In this document: positions 29,601 to 42,832 of the stretch, in pieces | How the letters are laid out: every line of letters begins with the position of its first letter | Numbering within the stretch: the stretch's first letter is position 1 | DNA from: Lingula anatina | Taxonomy: Eukaryota; Animalia; Brachiopoda | Length of the DNA: 64,000 bases | Direction of reading: 5' to 3' | Assembly (NCBI GenBank): GCA_051362555.1 | Contig: CM120641.1 | Span: 42,414,401-42,478,400 of the forward strand | Translations under genes and position numbers: made by a program | Notes under the pieces: generated by a model | The model's input: only the letters and a program-made list of their open reading frames with translations | Database searches by the model: none | Told to the model about the DNA's origin: nothing

Positions 29601-32600
29601 ATTTGACGATACATGTGACCCCTGTCCTCCTGGATACTATGGTGCTGAACCACAACGACAGAACTGCACAGCGTGTCAACCAGGGGTTGTTTGTCACGCG
29701 CTTGCAACCACTGATGTCCCTCTTTCCAATGACAGTGCTGCCTTTGGATACAATACCACTAATTCATATCCTTGTCCTATAGGTAAGCCCTTCTTTTTAC
29801 AGTTTTTATATTAATTTGCATAGTAGAGGTTGTATAGTAGGGGTTGCATAGTCAAGATTTATATTATTATAATAATCATTATCTGTTTGTTTATAAAGCC
29901 ATATATGGCACAGTAAGACTACTGAAGCACTGACATTTTGTTTTGGTTAATACTGACCATTAATAACCTGAGAAATTCAAATTTAACATACTTTGAAATA
30001 AAACCTAGATGTTATGGTGACACATCAGCTAGGTGTCATCTCATTTCTCACATGGTAGTCTTTACCATAGGAAATAGCCATCTAACAACGGTGCCCATTT
30101 AGTAACATTTTACTGATGCTAATCACTTACTTTGGAATAAAATTTCTATGAAACAGCAACACTTGGTTCTTGTCGCAAGAGACTGATACCCACAGGTCCT
30201 GGGATGCAGGTACATGTAGACCTGTGAACAATTCTCACTCATGTTACCAGTAGTAATTGGTGGAGTAGTAGCTGAGAATGACACAACACTCTCTTTATAT
30301 TATAAATGTATGCTTCCAGGTTATTACTGCCCAGAAGCCAGCAGTGCACCCACAGCTTGCCCCAATGGAACCTATAACGCCTTGGAGTACATGGGCAACC
30401 TGACCAACTGCCTGCCTTGTCCAGTTGACCACTTCAATCACCTGACTGGTCAGAGTGGCTGTTTCTCGTGTGGTGGAGAGGCCAGGCAACCAACTGTTGG
30501 TCAAGACACTTGTCTCTGCACTGGACAAGGAAGGGACTTCCAGGTATTGGATTTAGGTTTTCAGTTATTAAAACATGCAAATGTTGGACAGCACTATACC
30601 AGGTTTAATAATAAATTCCACTGTGCATATTTTAATGGTATTTGCAATTTAATGAAGGTTCAGATCTTATCATGGCATATACATATACAAACCTGTGTGG
30701 AGTAGATTGCATATTGAATATGTATTACATTAGTGTAGATATTATCATACATGCAAAATGAATTTTTATTTATTTTTTGGATATAGATTTTTTTGAAGTG
30801 TCATTGTAGACACTGAGTGTTTAAAAAAACTTTTTTTGCATGCTACTTGGTACATTATTGTTGTTTTGTATATCATTATGTATGTAATTTAAATTTACAA
30901 TGGAATTTGAAGATGGCTAAAATCAAGTGTAAAAGCACCATAATTTCTCATGTTTTAATGTAATTGTAACATGTTTTAATGTAATTGTTTTATGATAATA
31001 ACTTTATCATGGCATTAAGAATGTTGAACCCCAGCAACTGATTAAACATTGACCCCTGTGATTTCTTTATATCTTTTAAGTCGAGTGACCGTCAGTGTCC
31101 ATGTGGTCAAGGTTATGTGACCCTGGAGGGAAGATCTCAAGACTGTGTTAAGAAGGTGTATGTACTGTGCACAGAGGGCTCCACCAGATCACCAGACGGG
31201 CGCTGTCTCACTGAGAGTGACTGGACTGAATACTGTAAAGAAGTGGTAAGAGTGCCAAATTTTTAAAATTATTTTGATATTGAAGAATATATTCACAAAC
31301 AATATAGAATCTATGCTCTCCAGCTAATTACTATCAGATCATCATGTAGGGGGAGTGGGGATTAATTTTTAGCAGTCATACTAGCCAACAGGTATCAGAT
31401 CTTCATGTAGAGTGAGTAGGGATTAATTTTTAGCAGTCGTACCAGCCAACAGGTTCAATTGTGATAAGGTTTGGGTGACATTTAGACAGGATATAGTTTT
31501 GTAATTGTTTTATTGTATGATTCAACATGCCCTCCAAGATAACATCATAAGTTGCAACATTGCTATCATGCAACGATGTTGTTGTCAAATTATTAATATG
31601 TTCCCTTTTCTCTCGCAATGACCGGTCTCATTGGACAATGTTATGTTTGGTGGTTCATGATGCCATCTGATAATATGTGTCTTATCAGACCACAGATTGA
31701 TGTTTATAAAATTGTAATCCATGCTCTTTGTATAATAATGTGTAAAAGATACCTTGATAAATCTTTACTTATGAAAAAATGAGTCAATTGTTCCATATAT
31801 TTTGATTTCAGTGTGGAGAGGATGACTTTGTCAGAGTGGATACCTATCTTGGCCTGTGTTCCTGTAAAGTTGATGATCTTGAGGCAATTTGTGATCCTGA
31901 GTGTAGATATAAACAAAGGTTTACATTGTCCATGGTGTGCCCTGCTCTGCCTGAAAAACCTTACATTGCAGTCACCGACCCTGCAGATGGGTCAGTCAAG
32001 GTAAGAAATAAACTTATTCTAGGTATATTTTTCGTCAAGTGTTAAGTATGATTCATTTGAGCCAAAGAAATTAAGGAATACAATTATTAGGTATTTTGAC
32101 AAGTTATCATAAATCTGAAATTTGGCTACAGCGAAAGAGATGCAAGTTTAGTTTTGCATGGATTTCATAGGTACGTGTAGGTGAGCCACCCTCTCAATAT
32201 CTTCTGGCTATTTTAGCTGGGTTAATATTAGCATAAATTATTTTACTTTTTAACGAAATATTGTTTTGATATACATTAAGTTGGTATGATTTCTATGAAT
32301 GAATCCAACGATATTTGTTCTTGTCATCTCAGGTAAAGATCCCTACCACAAGTATGACCACTATTGTGAACTCGCGTAACTCCATCAGTGCAGATCAGTG
32401 CGGTGCCCTAGATGGCACACAGAGTCCCATCCACATGTGTGAATTCAGCGGTGATGGAATCAATGGAATTTACAGTCCAAATCCAGACTATGTCACAAAC
32501 CTCCTTGTCTCTAACTCTAAGGATTTCACATACAACAGTAACACCACCTACAGTAGTGGTGGAACGTTGCGTCGTCTGCTGACAGTATCAAATGGAACAG

Positions 32601-35600
32601 GTTATGAATTTACTGGTATACGTCAGCCAACAGTGTGCCTGCTGTATGGAGAGACCATGATGATGGCTGTCACCAATGAAAACTATCCAGTTTATGACAG
32701 GTACAAAACATGTCTCATGATTGATAGTTTTTTATAACTAGATATATATATATATATGTGTGTGTGCACATGCACGCACTCATGCATGTGCATGCTCACA
32801 CACTAAGACGTGCACACGCATACAAACACACACACACACCCTCAAAGACACATGTGTACACATACACACTAACATGCATGCTTCACGATTGCTAGTATTG
32901 AAAATATTATCAATTCCACACCATTTCAGGAACAATCTGTACAACACCAATGAAAAGTTTGACTATGGAGGTTTCCGCCAGCTGGCAGAGGCAATGTCCC
33001 AGGCAGAGTCACTAAGTACTCTGTTCTCCTACAAGTTCACGGATCCTGGAGTGTATGTCTTCTATCTAAGCTCAAACATCAACAAGAAGATGGTGAGTAA
33101 AAAAAACTCCTACTGACATGATTCATTTTAGATGTGCATAACATCAGCACTCATGACTGGGAATCTCCAATAAATTTTCGTTCTAGATAAAAAGGAAAAA
33201 TTTTTTTGTTTTTCTTAATATCTGAATTTTGTCAGTGCTGGCTATGCCCAACCAAATATATTAATACCTTGTAGTGCATTGTTTGTTCTTAGCTCATTTA
33301 TTATTATATTATTTATAATATTTTTTTAAGAGGTGAAAAAATGAGAACAAGACCTTTGAGTTAGCATTAAAGGAAAATCTGTTGGTTCTTAATTTTTCAG
33401 TATGTGAAAGTCATGGCTAAGGATGCCCAGTGTTCAGAAGATGGTCCTTTCTTCCCCACCACACCACGCTATGTGATCCAGAATGGTATTGCCTTGGAAC
33501 AAGATATTCTCAAGTCTCCAGACTGGGTTCTTATTGCCATTCTGCTGGCCTCTGTGTTAGTGCTGATGACCATCATTGTCATAGCACTGGTAAGATACTG
33601 TCACACCTTACACACTCTACTGGGTCACTGTCACACCTAACACACTATCCAGACATTGGCATATCCAACACACTTTATGGAGACACTGTCACATTTAACA
33701 CACTCTACAAATACACCATACCACCTAACACACTTAACCATCTAAAACACTTCAGCAACAAACAGCAGTTTATTTTTGAAAACAAAGTCTCATGCACACG
33801 TGTTAAGAAAACATTTTGAAGTTATAACTGAGCGGCATTTACCTCTTTACGAAAATTGCTCTTTCATAATGATTTTGGATATATTTTCAGGTATAGAGCA
33901 TACACAGATCTTGAGATTGCATTTTGTCAGAATTAACACACAGTTCAGTATAAGACCTCCAACAGAGAAACACAGTGATTTAAAAGCTTTTTTTTTCACC
34001 AGGTACTCTTCCGTAAATATGGCTGGAACAAAGCCTCATTCATCTTCCCCAAGTATCGCAGCCTGGCAGTAAAGTATAACCTGGAGGACTATGCCAGCAA
34101 GGGCTCATCTGTTCATCCAGTCAAGAAATACAACAGAAACATTGAGGCTATGCCAGACACTGCTGCCACCTATCCTATGATCACAGATGGAGATAACCAG
34201 TCATTAGTGTTACACAGTAAGTGGGCTTCTTCCAGTTTGTATGTATTTTACAACTGACCTTTGAGCAATTTGATAAAAAGAGTCCGTTCTTTGTTTTTTT
34301 TACAAAATCTTATGGTTGTTTTCACATTGTTATTTTCAAGCATTACCCAATGTGACATTGCTACCTAATTTGCCATACCCTCCACAAAGTCACTCCCATT
34401 TATTTTTTCCTTTCAACTCATAGCTGGTGCAGAAAAGGTCAAAGAAGATGAGTTCTGGGATTATGACCACCAGGTTGACCTTGAAGCCTTCAGCACGCCT
34501 GAGCTGTATGACACTCTGGCTAAACAGTCCTATGAGGTGACTAAACAGCTGGGCAGACAGAAGGAAGAGGTATGTTGGTATAAATTGGTCAGTTCTTAAA
34601 GGATATTCTAAATGAAATAATAGGAGTACAACTGCCAAGGTGACATTTTTTTAATTATCAGATGAGGCTAATTCAATTGAGCCCCAAAAATATTGTTTAA
34701 GGATGTCATCTGTTGCACATGTCTGCATTGGGGGAGGGGAGGATTATTAATTTTCTAGATACTCCTGGCTTAAATATATAAATGTAGTAGATGGTATGAT
34801 AAATTTCATTGTCAATAATAATTTAGTTGATTAACTGACACTGAAATTGACAGCATCTGATGACAATCACACAAACAAATTGTTTTGTCTTTCCAGGCCA
34901 AATCCCTGTTCCAAAAGCTGAACAACCAGGCCTTGTCTCTCAAAGGATTGTGGGCTGCCAAACTCAACCTGAAGGGAGGAAGCTCTGCTCTGGCCACCAA
35001 AGAAGACCTGGCTGCCTATGAGAGAAAACTTGAAGAGCTGGAAATTGAGCTGGAGAGGCGTCGTGAACTAGGGTCACGCTTCCAGACTATCCTTGAGAGG
35101 CAGATCAACCTGCAGGAACAGGATGAGAAGAGTCGTGAAGAACACCAGGTGAGAAAAGACGTCTTGCTGATAAAAACGGTGTATCGATCATTTGCTGAGA
35201 ATTGTTTAGACAAGAAAAACAGCTGTATATGTATTACCTCTGGCTAGATACAATGGGGTATTTATTTTAATTCTAATAACTTGTTGCAAATAGCTGTTGA
35301 AGCATGTTGATAAAGCTGAAAGACTTTTGGCTGCATTTGACATAATTTATGCATAACCAATTTGGATTTTTTTGTTAACAAGCAACTGTTGACCTCAGAT
35401 AGGTGTTTGAAGTCCACTATAAACCTATCCAATTTTATCCTTCTTGCTCTCTTTCTTCATCCATCAGGTGAGCTTCCAGACTGCAATGAGAGAAGCCATG
35501 CGTTTACTCAACGAACACTCAGAGAAGCTCCAGAGAGGCCAGGTTATCAAAGATGGCGCCTTTGATGAGGAGCTGCACCGCTCGGTTGGTGCTCGGGTAG

Positions 35601-38600
35601 GCGCCCTCGTGCAGCGAATGTCTGCTGAAGTGTCCAAGGAATGCATGTGTCTTGGTTCCTGGGGAGTCCTAGGTCAGGGAACTGGAGGTCAGATGGTTGC
35701 CAAGGAAACCAAGGAGCCATTATCAAGACAAGACCTCATAGGTAAGCAACTCTTACAGTTTATTATTTATTTTAGTTTTGAATAATCCAATTCTGTACTT
35801 TGAGCATTATTCAATAGTGTATAAGTTGTCTATTATCATTGAAAGTCATGGGTCTTCTTTACCTTTGAAAACATTTTCTTTGTATAATTAGTAACTTTAT
35901 AGATGATACTTTGATTTTGTCATTTAATAAATTAAAATATTTAGTATGATAACAGTTTATTAGTGAGAGGAGAAGATAATGAACATCATAATGATGATGA
36001 TGATTACTAGACATTTAATTTCATGTTGCCTTCATCATGAGTATTCCATTTCATAGCATACCAGTATTCTAAATTGAATAACTTTCATTGCAGACTCAGA
36101 CTCTAACATCCTGGCCCCAGAACTGATTCACATGAATCCAGAGACCGGCCTTATTATACCCAACAGTGATGCCCAGATGTTACTGGCCAGTGGCCAGGTG
36201 GTAGACATCCCCCATGACCACTTTGTCCACCCACAGACTGGTCGTGTGCTGCCCATTGCTGGCAATGTGGCCTTTGATCCTGTCTCCACACGCCTTGTGT
36301 TCACTACAGACTCAGCCACTGGTATGTTATTTTTATAATCCAGTTGTATTTAGAAATTTAATTTTAAAAATGCTTATTTCTGTGTTTGATTATTGCTAAA
36401 TTTTTTAATGTGATATCAAAAACAATATTAGGAAAACATGTATCACTATTCTCAGATTATTAGTACAATTTATACCAATCATTTCAAATAATATAATTGA
36501 AATTGCAGGAGAAGCCACAAGAACAGATGAACCACTGATCCCATATGTGCCTTACCCGACCAATCCCAGCACTGGGTTACCAGTACCTACCAAACTGGTA
36601 CCTCTCCAGCGCCGCAGTGACATGAAATATGGCGCCCCAGTGCCAGACCCAACTAGTGGCCTTCATGTTCCAATCACAGCAATGACCATCAATCCCCAGA
36701 CTGGCACCGTCCTTCCTGTAGGTGGCAGCCATATTGACCCTGTTACAGGACTGCCTATTGCCATAGAGATTGGTTCCTTGATGCTGGATCCTCAAACGGA
36801 GCAGCCGGTGCCAATCCTGGCCACAACCATTGATCCCGAGACAGGTGAGATGATTTGTTAGTTTTGTTTTAATTAAGTATTACATGATAAATTGATTTGT
36901 TGGTTCATTGTTTCATATAAGACAGTGCACTTTTTTGATACAGAATTTTTGTAATGTTATATTGATTTTACTTTGCAGTATATGTTCATATTACATTTTG
37001 AGATGCTTTTCAGTGATTATGATGTTGTTCATAACAGTATTTATAATATGGGTGACTCCTCTTATTTAATATAGTATATTGCAGTTACAGCCATTATTGA
37101 AATAAAAAGCATAATATTAAAGCAATCAGTTGAAAAAATGTGAAAAATCATAGTTAATAAGAACCATTAAGACTTAAAATATTACCTTTTCCAGGTGACA
37201 TCCTCCCAGTTGGTGGAACACGTCCTGGCAGCCAAGGTGGGGACATTCCCATCATTCCCGGTGACAGCTTTGTAGAACCCCTCAGTGGCAAGATGTGTCG
37301 TGTCAATGGCGGCACACTTAAAGAAAATATGGTCGCTGTGGCGTGTGCAGGTGGCTACCAAGCTCTGCTAGATGCCAATGTATTGGCATGTGAAGTGCGA
37401 GCCCTTGACTCAGTGCGGGAACTGAAGGATATTGTAACAGGTATGGGATGTACTCTTGTCTCATCAAATGTCATGAAAATAAAACATTGCTAGTACTCAG
37501 TGTAATTTTTAATAGCTTTAAAATATGATGGGAAACATAATTTTACTGACTTTGGACATACATTTATCTTTTTAGAAGCTAAAGTTTATATGCAATAATC
37601 ATAGTTTGATTGTGTCTTTCTGTATGTTGCTGCTGGTGTTTTATAGCCATTCTTATTTAAACGGAAAATTATCATGATATCAATTAAATCAAGAAATCAT
37701 GTTTTCAGGTCCTGAAGCAGCAGATGGCAGCACTCCATTTAACCCGCGCCATGAGGAGACCATGTTGGAGGCTTCCCTTAAAGAAATGAACAAAGCTCGT
37801 ACACGCATGAAGACGCATTTGTTGCGCACTGGTCATGATATATACAGAAGATATGACAGAGCTACAGTCCTAGCTTCCACTGGAGGATCACCAGGTTAGC
37901 ACCATCTCACATGACTTATATTGGTCTAAATGCCTAATCTCTATTGCAACACAGTTTGCTTAACCAAAAACATTGAGATTCTGTCAATTTTTGTAGTGGT
38001 TTAGTGAATTAAGTGCTGGGTTATGAATTTTGCAGTAATTTTATATCATTGCTGAAATGATTCTACTTTGTCTTGTCATAATATTCTTGAATTTTTGACA
38101 TGTCATCTTGTTTTTATTATTTTAGAATTTAAATTGTGCACTGTAGTCCTAAGCAATTCAGAGTAGATTTGCCTGTATGATTTTATCATATTTATTGATA
38201 CTATTATTAATACTTTGTTTATTAAGGCATGTACCAGTTCACTGCAACAGGGCAGCTCCTCCCCATTTTGATTGGCACTTCCATGCAAGACCCCTCTGGC
38301 AGTGGTGTGGAGGTCCCCATACTTGCAGCAGACAAAGACAAGGCAGGTGTGATTATACCACTAGGTGGCACCATGGAGGACCCAGAGGGAGAAGGTGAAT
38401 TAGTCACACCTTATAGATAATCTCATGTAACATATTTAGCTGTAACTATTTTAAATCTATTTTTAAATGATAATTTGTTTTAATACCTTTACTGGGATGT
38501 ACCATGAGATGTATAAATATTTTTAAATGTTATTTTATTAAATGGTAAATACAGAAAAAGTAAATTTGTCCTGTAAATTTTGGTATTTATTTATAATATT

Positions 38601-41600
38601 TTAAAGGGATGTATTAAGATTCATTTTTGGCAGAAGTCTTACTATAATTGATCTTTTCTTGATAAAGATTATTGTTTATCAGTATTAAGGTGTAAACATT
38701 GTTTTCTGTAGGTTCAGTCCCAATAATGATTGGTAGACAAGCTGTGGACACAGTCACTGGGGAGCTTAGTCCAATCAGTGGTGTGCGCATTGACCCAGAA
38801 ACCAACACTGTTGTACCCATCACTCTGTCTTCGGGAGGACACAAAAAGCACCGCCCACCTCTAGGGGCAGTTGCTATGTTGGAAGAAGAGATTGTTGCAC
38901 GTCGTGGTTTCTGGCGCAGACAACGCCAGCGAGAAGAGACACTAACAATGCAGGAATTCCATCTTGCTCAACACCTCATGCATGACATGGAATCTCTGAC
39001 TGCCAAAGAGGTTGAAAACACACTGGCATCTGTCTCTGAATCTACGTATGAACTGTCTGAGTCTGCCAGCAGGGAAGTGCAGCGACGGAAGGATGCCGAG
39101 GAGGAGCTTTCTACAGTGCTGCCACCTAATGTTGTGGCAGTTCTTACGCAGGGTGACCAGTACGAGCGTGAAAGAGAAGAAGCTCATCACGCAGCACACA
39201 AGAAGTTTGTTGAAGCCACACAGAAATTCCTTAAGAAGTTGGAAGCAGAGGAACAGAAATTCCACACAAGAATGGCAGATCTGGAGGGTGCGATGAATCC
39301 AGATGCTGAGAATGTTGTCCGCCAGCGCCATGTACAAGCCAAGGCTCGACTACAAGCAGAGCTTTATGATCAAATCATGAATAGAAGTGAGCAACTAGAT
39401 CAGCAGCATTCATCTTTGGAGTACACCAGGGAGCGTAACGAACTGTTGTGCCAAGAGGCCAAGGTGGTGCTGACAGGTCTGGCCGTTCTGGCTGGAGATT
39501 ATGACTGTACGCTGCCTGGAGTGTATGGAGAGATGGACCTGACTTCCTCTTCCTCAGACAGAGAATTAGTCCCATTACTAAAACAACTGATCTCAATGCT
39601 GGAGTCTGGTGGACCATTTGTTCTGACCTCTGAGATGCTGAACCTTCTTGGTGGTAATATCACAAACTTGAATATAAACCGGGGTGCAGCAGCAAGGCCG
39701 CCTGCAGCTGGCGCTGAAGGCGGTCAATCAAAGAGGGACCATCCACCAACACCAAAAGTGGAACGGGCTCATCTTGTGCAGAGTAGCGCCCCTAAAACAC
39801 CAGCAACAGGCCTCAGTGGCAGCACAACAAATTTCTCGTCTATGGTAAACCAGGGTGCCTTGAAGAAGCCACCTGGGGAACTGAGTGAGGAAGAAAAGGC
39901 CAGACTGCAGAAACAACTCTTTGACAAGCAGGCTTATGAAGCTGCTAAGCTGGAGAACAGCCTACGTGATGAAGAGATAAAGAATATCAATGAAGTGATT
40001 GCAGAGGTTGAAACCAAAAAACAAAATGCTATGGAGGATGCAAAGAAGAACTTGACCAAGCAACTCTCTAAGGCTACCAGTGATGCAGAGAGAGAGAAGA
40101 TTATGTTGGAGTATGCCAACAATTTACAGAAGGTAACAAATATTTAAAAATGTGAATTTGCAATTGAATATCTGTTGTACACATTTTTATTTAATTATTA
40201 CATTTTCAAGTAGCATTTGTATCATTTAATTTCTCATTAAATCTATTTTTAGATTAATGATGCACTGGAGAAGCAGAAACAACAACAATTAGAGTCACTG
40301 AGGAAAAAACTTCTAGAACAGCGCCGAAAGGCAAAGAAGGATCTCCATAGAACTCATATCAACGAAGCGCGAGAATTAGGCCTGAGCCCAGATGTTGTAC
40401 CAGACATGACCATCCCCTCTTACGATGACCTCGATAAGGACCTGAGACTATTGGCCCAGCAACAAGAGAGGCTCCTTGCAGAAATTGCAAAGGCTGATGC
40501 AGAAGCTGAAGAAAATGCCCGTGAACTTGATGATGACATTGAAGCCCGATTGAAATCTCTACACATAGGTGGTGTTCCAGATGCAGATGGTGCAGTGAAA
40601 CAGATGAAGGAGAAGTCCTCCCAAACAAAGTCTAGGCATAGTGCCTTAAAGGATAAACTGAAGAACAGGAAAGGAAGGCGTAATGCAAGAAAGAGCATGG
40701 ATATGGATGAAATAAAGAATCTGAGTGAAGAAGAGAAAAAGAAGTTGGAAGAGGCACAGAATATGCAGACTGAGGCAGATCGTCTGCGAGAGGAGAATGC
40801 TGTCATGGAGGCACTCAGGAGATTGGAAGAGGTAAAAATATACTGATAATAATTTTTATTCAGTTGTTGCTTCAAGCTTTAAGTATAATTACAAGCTCCG
40901 AAAAAATAACAAATGAAAAATAGTACTGTTAGATTAACATCTAATTTTTATGAAACCATATTTTTGTCAGGACTCCAACAAACGAGCTGAAGAGGAAGAG
41001 GTGAAAAAGCGCCTACAGGAAATGAATGAAGAAGAGCGTAAAAAGATCATGCAGCAGTATGAAGAAGACTGTATGAATGTGGGGCACAGGATGACAGCTT
41101 CTAGAGCAAAACAGCGTGACAGCCTTCTAGCCAAGCTGACAGCTCGCAAACAGATGAAGGAAGATCTGGCCAAGGAAAGGGCTGTAGCTAAAGAGCTGGA
41201 CAGAATCACTAAAGCACAGGTACTGGAGTTGAATTTCAAATGAAATAAAATTAAATTTAAATGATACAATTTCCCATCTGGGTAGGATAATACTTTGTCA
41301 GAATCAGACCCAGTTTTTAGTAGAAAACTTTTTATCATGTGACTTAATCACTCCTAGTATACGAAATTGTGTTCAAGACGGACTCTCTGAGTAATTTATG
41401 ATAACAAAATATTGTGATCTTCAAAACTGGGGGAGGGGGGTTATACAAACATGTTTATCCATAATTTCTATAATTGCAATCTTTCACAATAGACAATGGT
41501 TTTTATATTTTGCCTTTTTATAAGGCTGCTCGAGGTGATGAGGAAACAGCAGAGGTCATCATTGAGATTAGTGACCAGCTAAATGGTGACCATCTGTCCA

Positions 41601-42756
41601 AGGAGGCTCAACAGCTGCAGAGCCAGCAGATTGACCAACAGTCTTCCTTGATAGAGAAACAGAAAATGGAAGAAAGAGAGATGGAGATGGAACTTGATAA
41701 TGAACTGAGGAAGACCAAGGAAGCTGTGGATTTGCAGATTGATCAGCAGAAGAGACTGGTAGGCAGCACTTGTTTTGCCTGAAAATTTTCATTCATTAAT
41801 ATATTTATTTATTTATGCTTGTACATGTTCAATGGGACAATTGAGCAATAATTTGAGCATATTTGAATGGTTCCATAATTTAATCATGGTTGTACTAATC
41901 CACATATTTAGAAAGGCATCTTTATGTTTGTTGAAGAGTCCAAAATTTAAGTACCGAATTATTTATTTGGGCTACAGGCTGTGTACATTCTTTATAACAT
42001 TTGCTTTCCTAGGCTGTAGAGAACATGCAAGCTAAACATGAACGTGAAATGCAACTTCATGGCAAGAAACTGAGTGAAGATGAGGTGGAGAGGTTGCTTT
42101 CAATACACAAGCAGGAAGTGGAGGCCTTTGAAAGAAATCTAGATCAGGAGAGAGCCAGGCAGAAGAAATCACTGGAAGATAAGGTAAGAATGGTTAATGG
42201 CCAGAAGAATTAAGCAGTTATCAATGTTTTTTTAATGTCAGTAAATCTTGGAAAGTGGACCATGATCAGTTGTTGGGCAATTGAATTATTTCGTTTAACA
42301 AAGGTTTTTTTATATTATAAGTGCCTAAATTGTAAGCAACTAATCACAACTAAGTGATTTTTTTAATGAATATTGTAACATAACCAGATTAATATTTTGT
42401 TTATGTATGTCAATAGGTGATGGAGAGGAAACGCCAAAAAGCAGATAGGCTGGCTGAGAAGCACAGCATAGAGATGAACAGAGTATTGATGCAACAACAA
42501 CAAGACAGAGACAAACTGAACAGCACACAGGCCAAGGGTGTAGAGAACACAACTCTCAAAGAGTCAGTAAAGGTAGGTCAAAACATATCATCTGGGCTTT
42601 CCTCTGTTTGAGTGTGTGTGTGTGTGTGTGTGTACATATTTGTGGATGCATGCATATGTGTGTGCATTCATACACAGGTACATGTATGTATGTGTAGGGC
42701 AGGATGTCCATATGGGATGTTGTAAGTGTCTGTGAATATGTGGTTGTTTGAATATG

Positions 42757-42832
<76 letters not shown>

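Larger units (their letters stand above)
1..31245 (+). other. Cys-rich repeat ectodomain-coding region (CPxG[YHF]YCPxGS...PCPxGT[YF]N) with many N-x-S/T sequons
   Basis: Repeat motifs in essentially every exon from 1 to 56, e.g. CPPGTYNNLT, CPAGFYCEVGS, CPVGHYCPTGS. Confidence 0.9.

Noticed and set aside
267-30705. Dozens of short Cys-rich ORFs as separate genes (metallothionein or toxin cluster)
   Set aside because: They are exons of one gene, joined by phase-consistent GT-AG introns.
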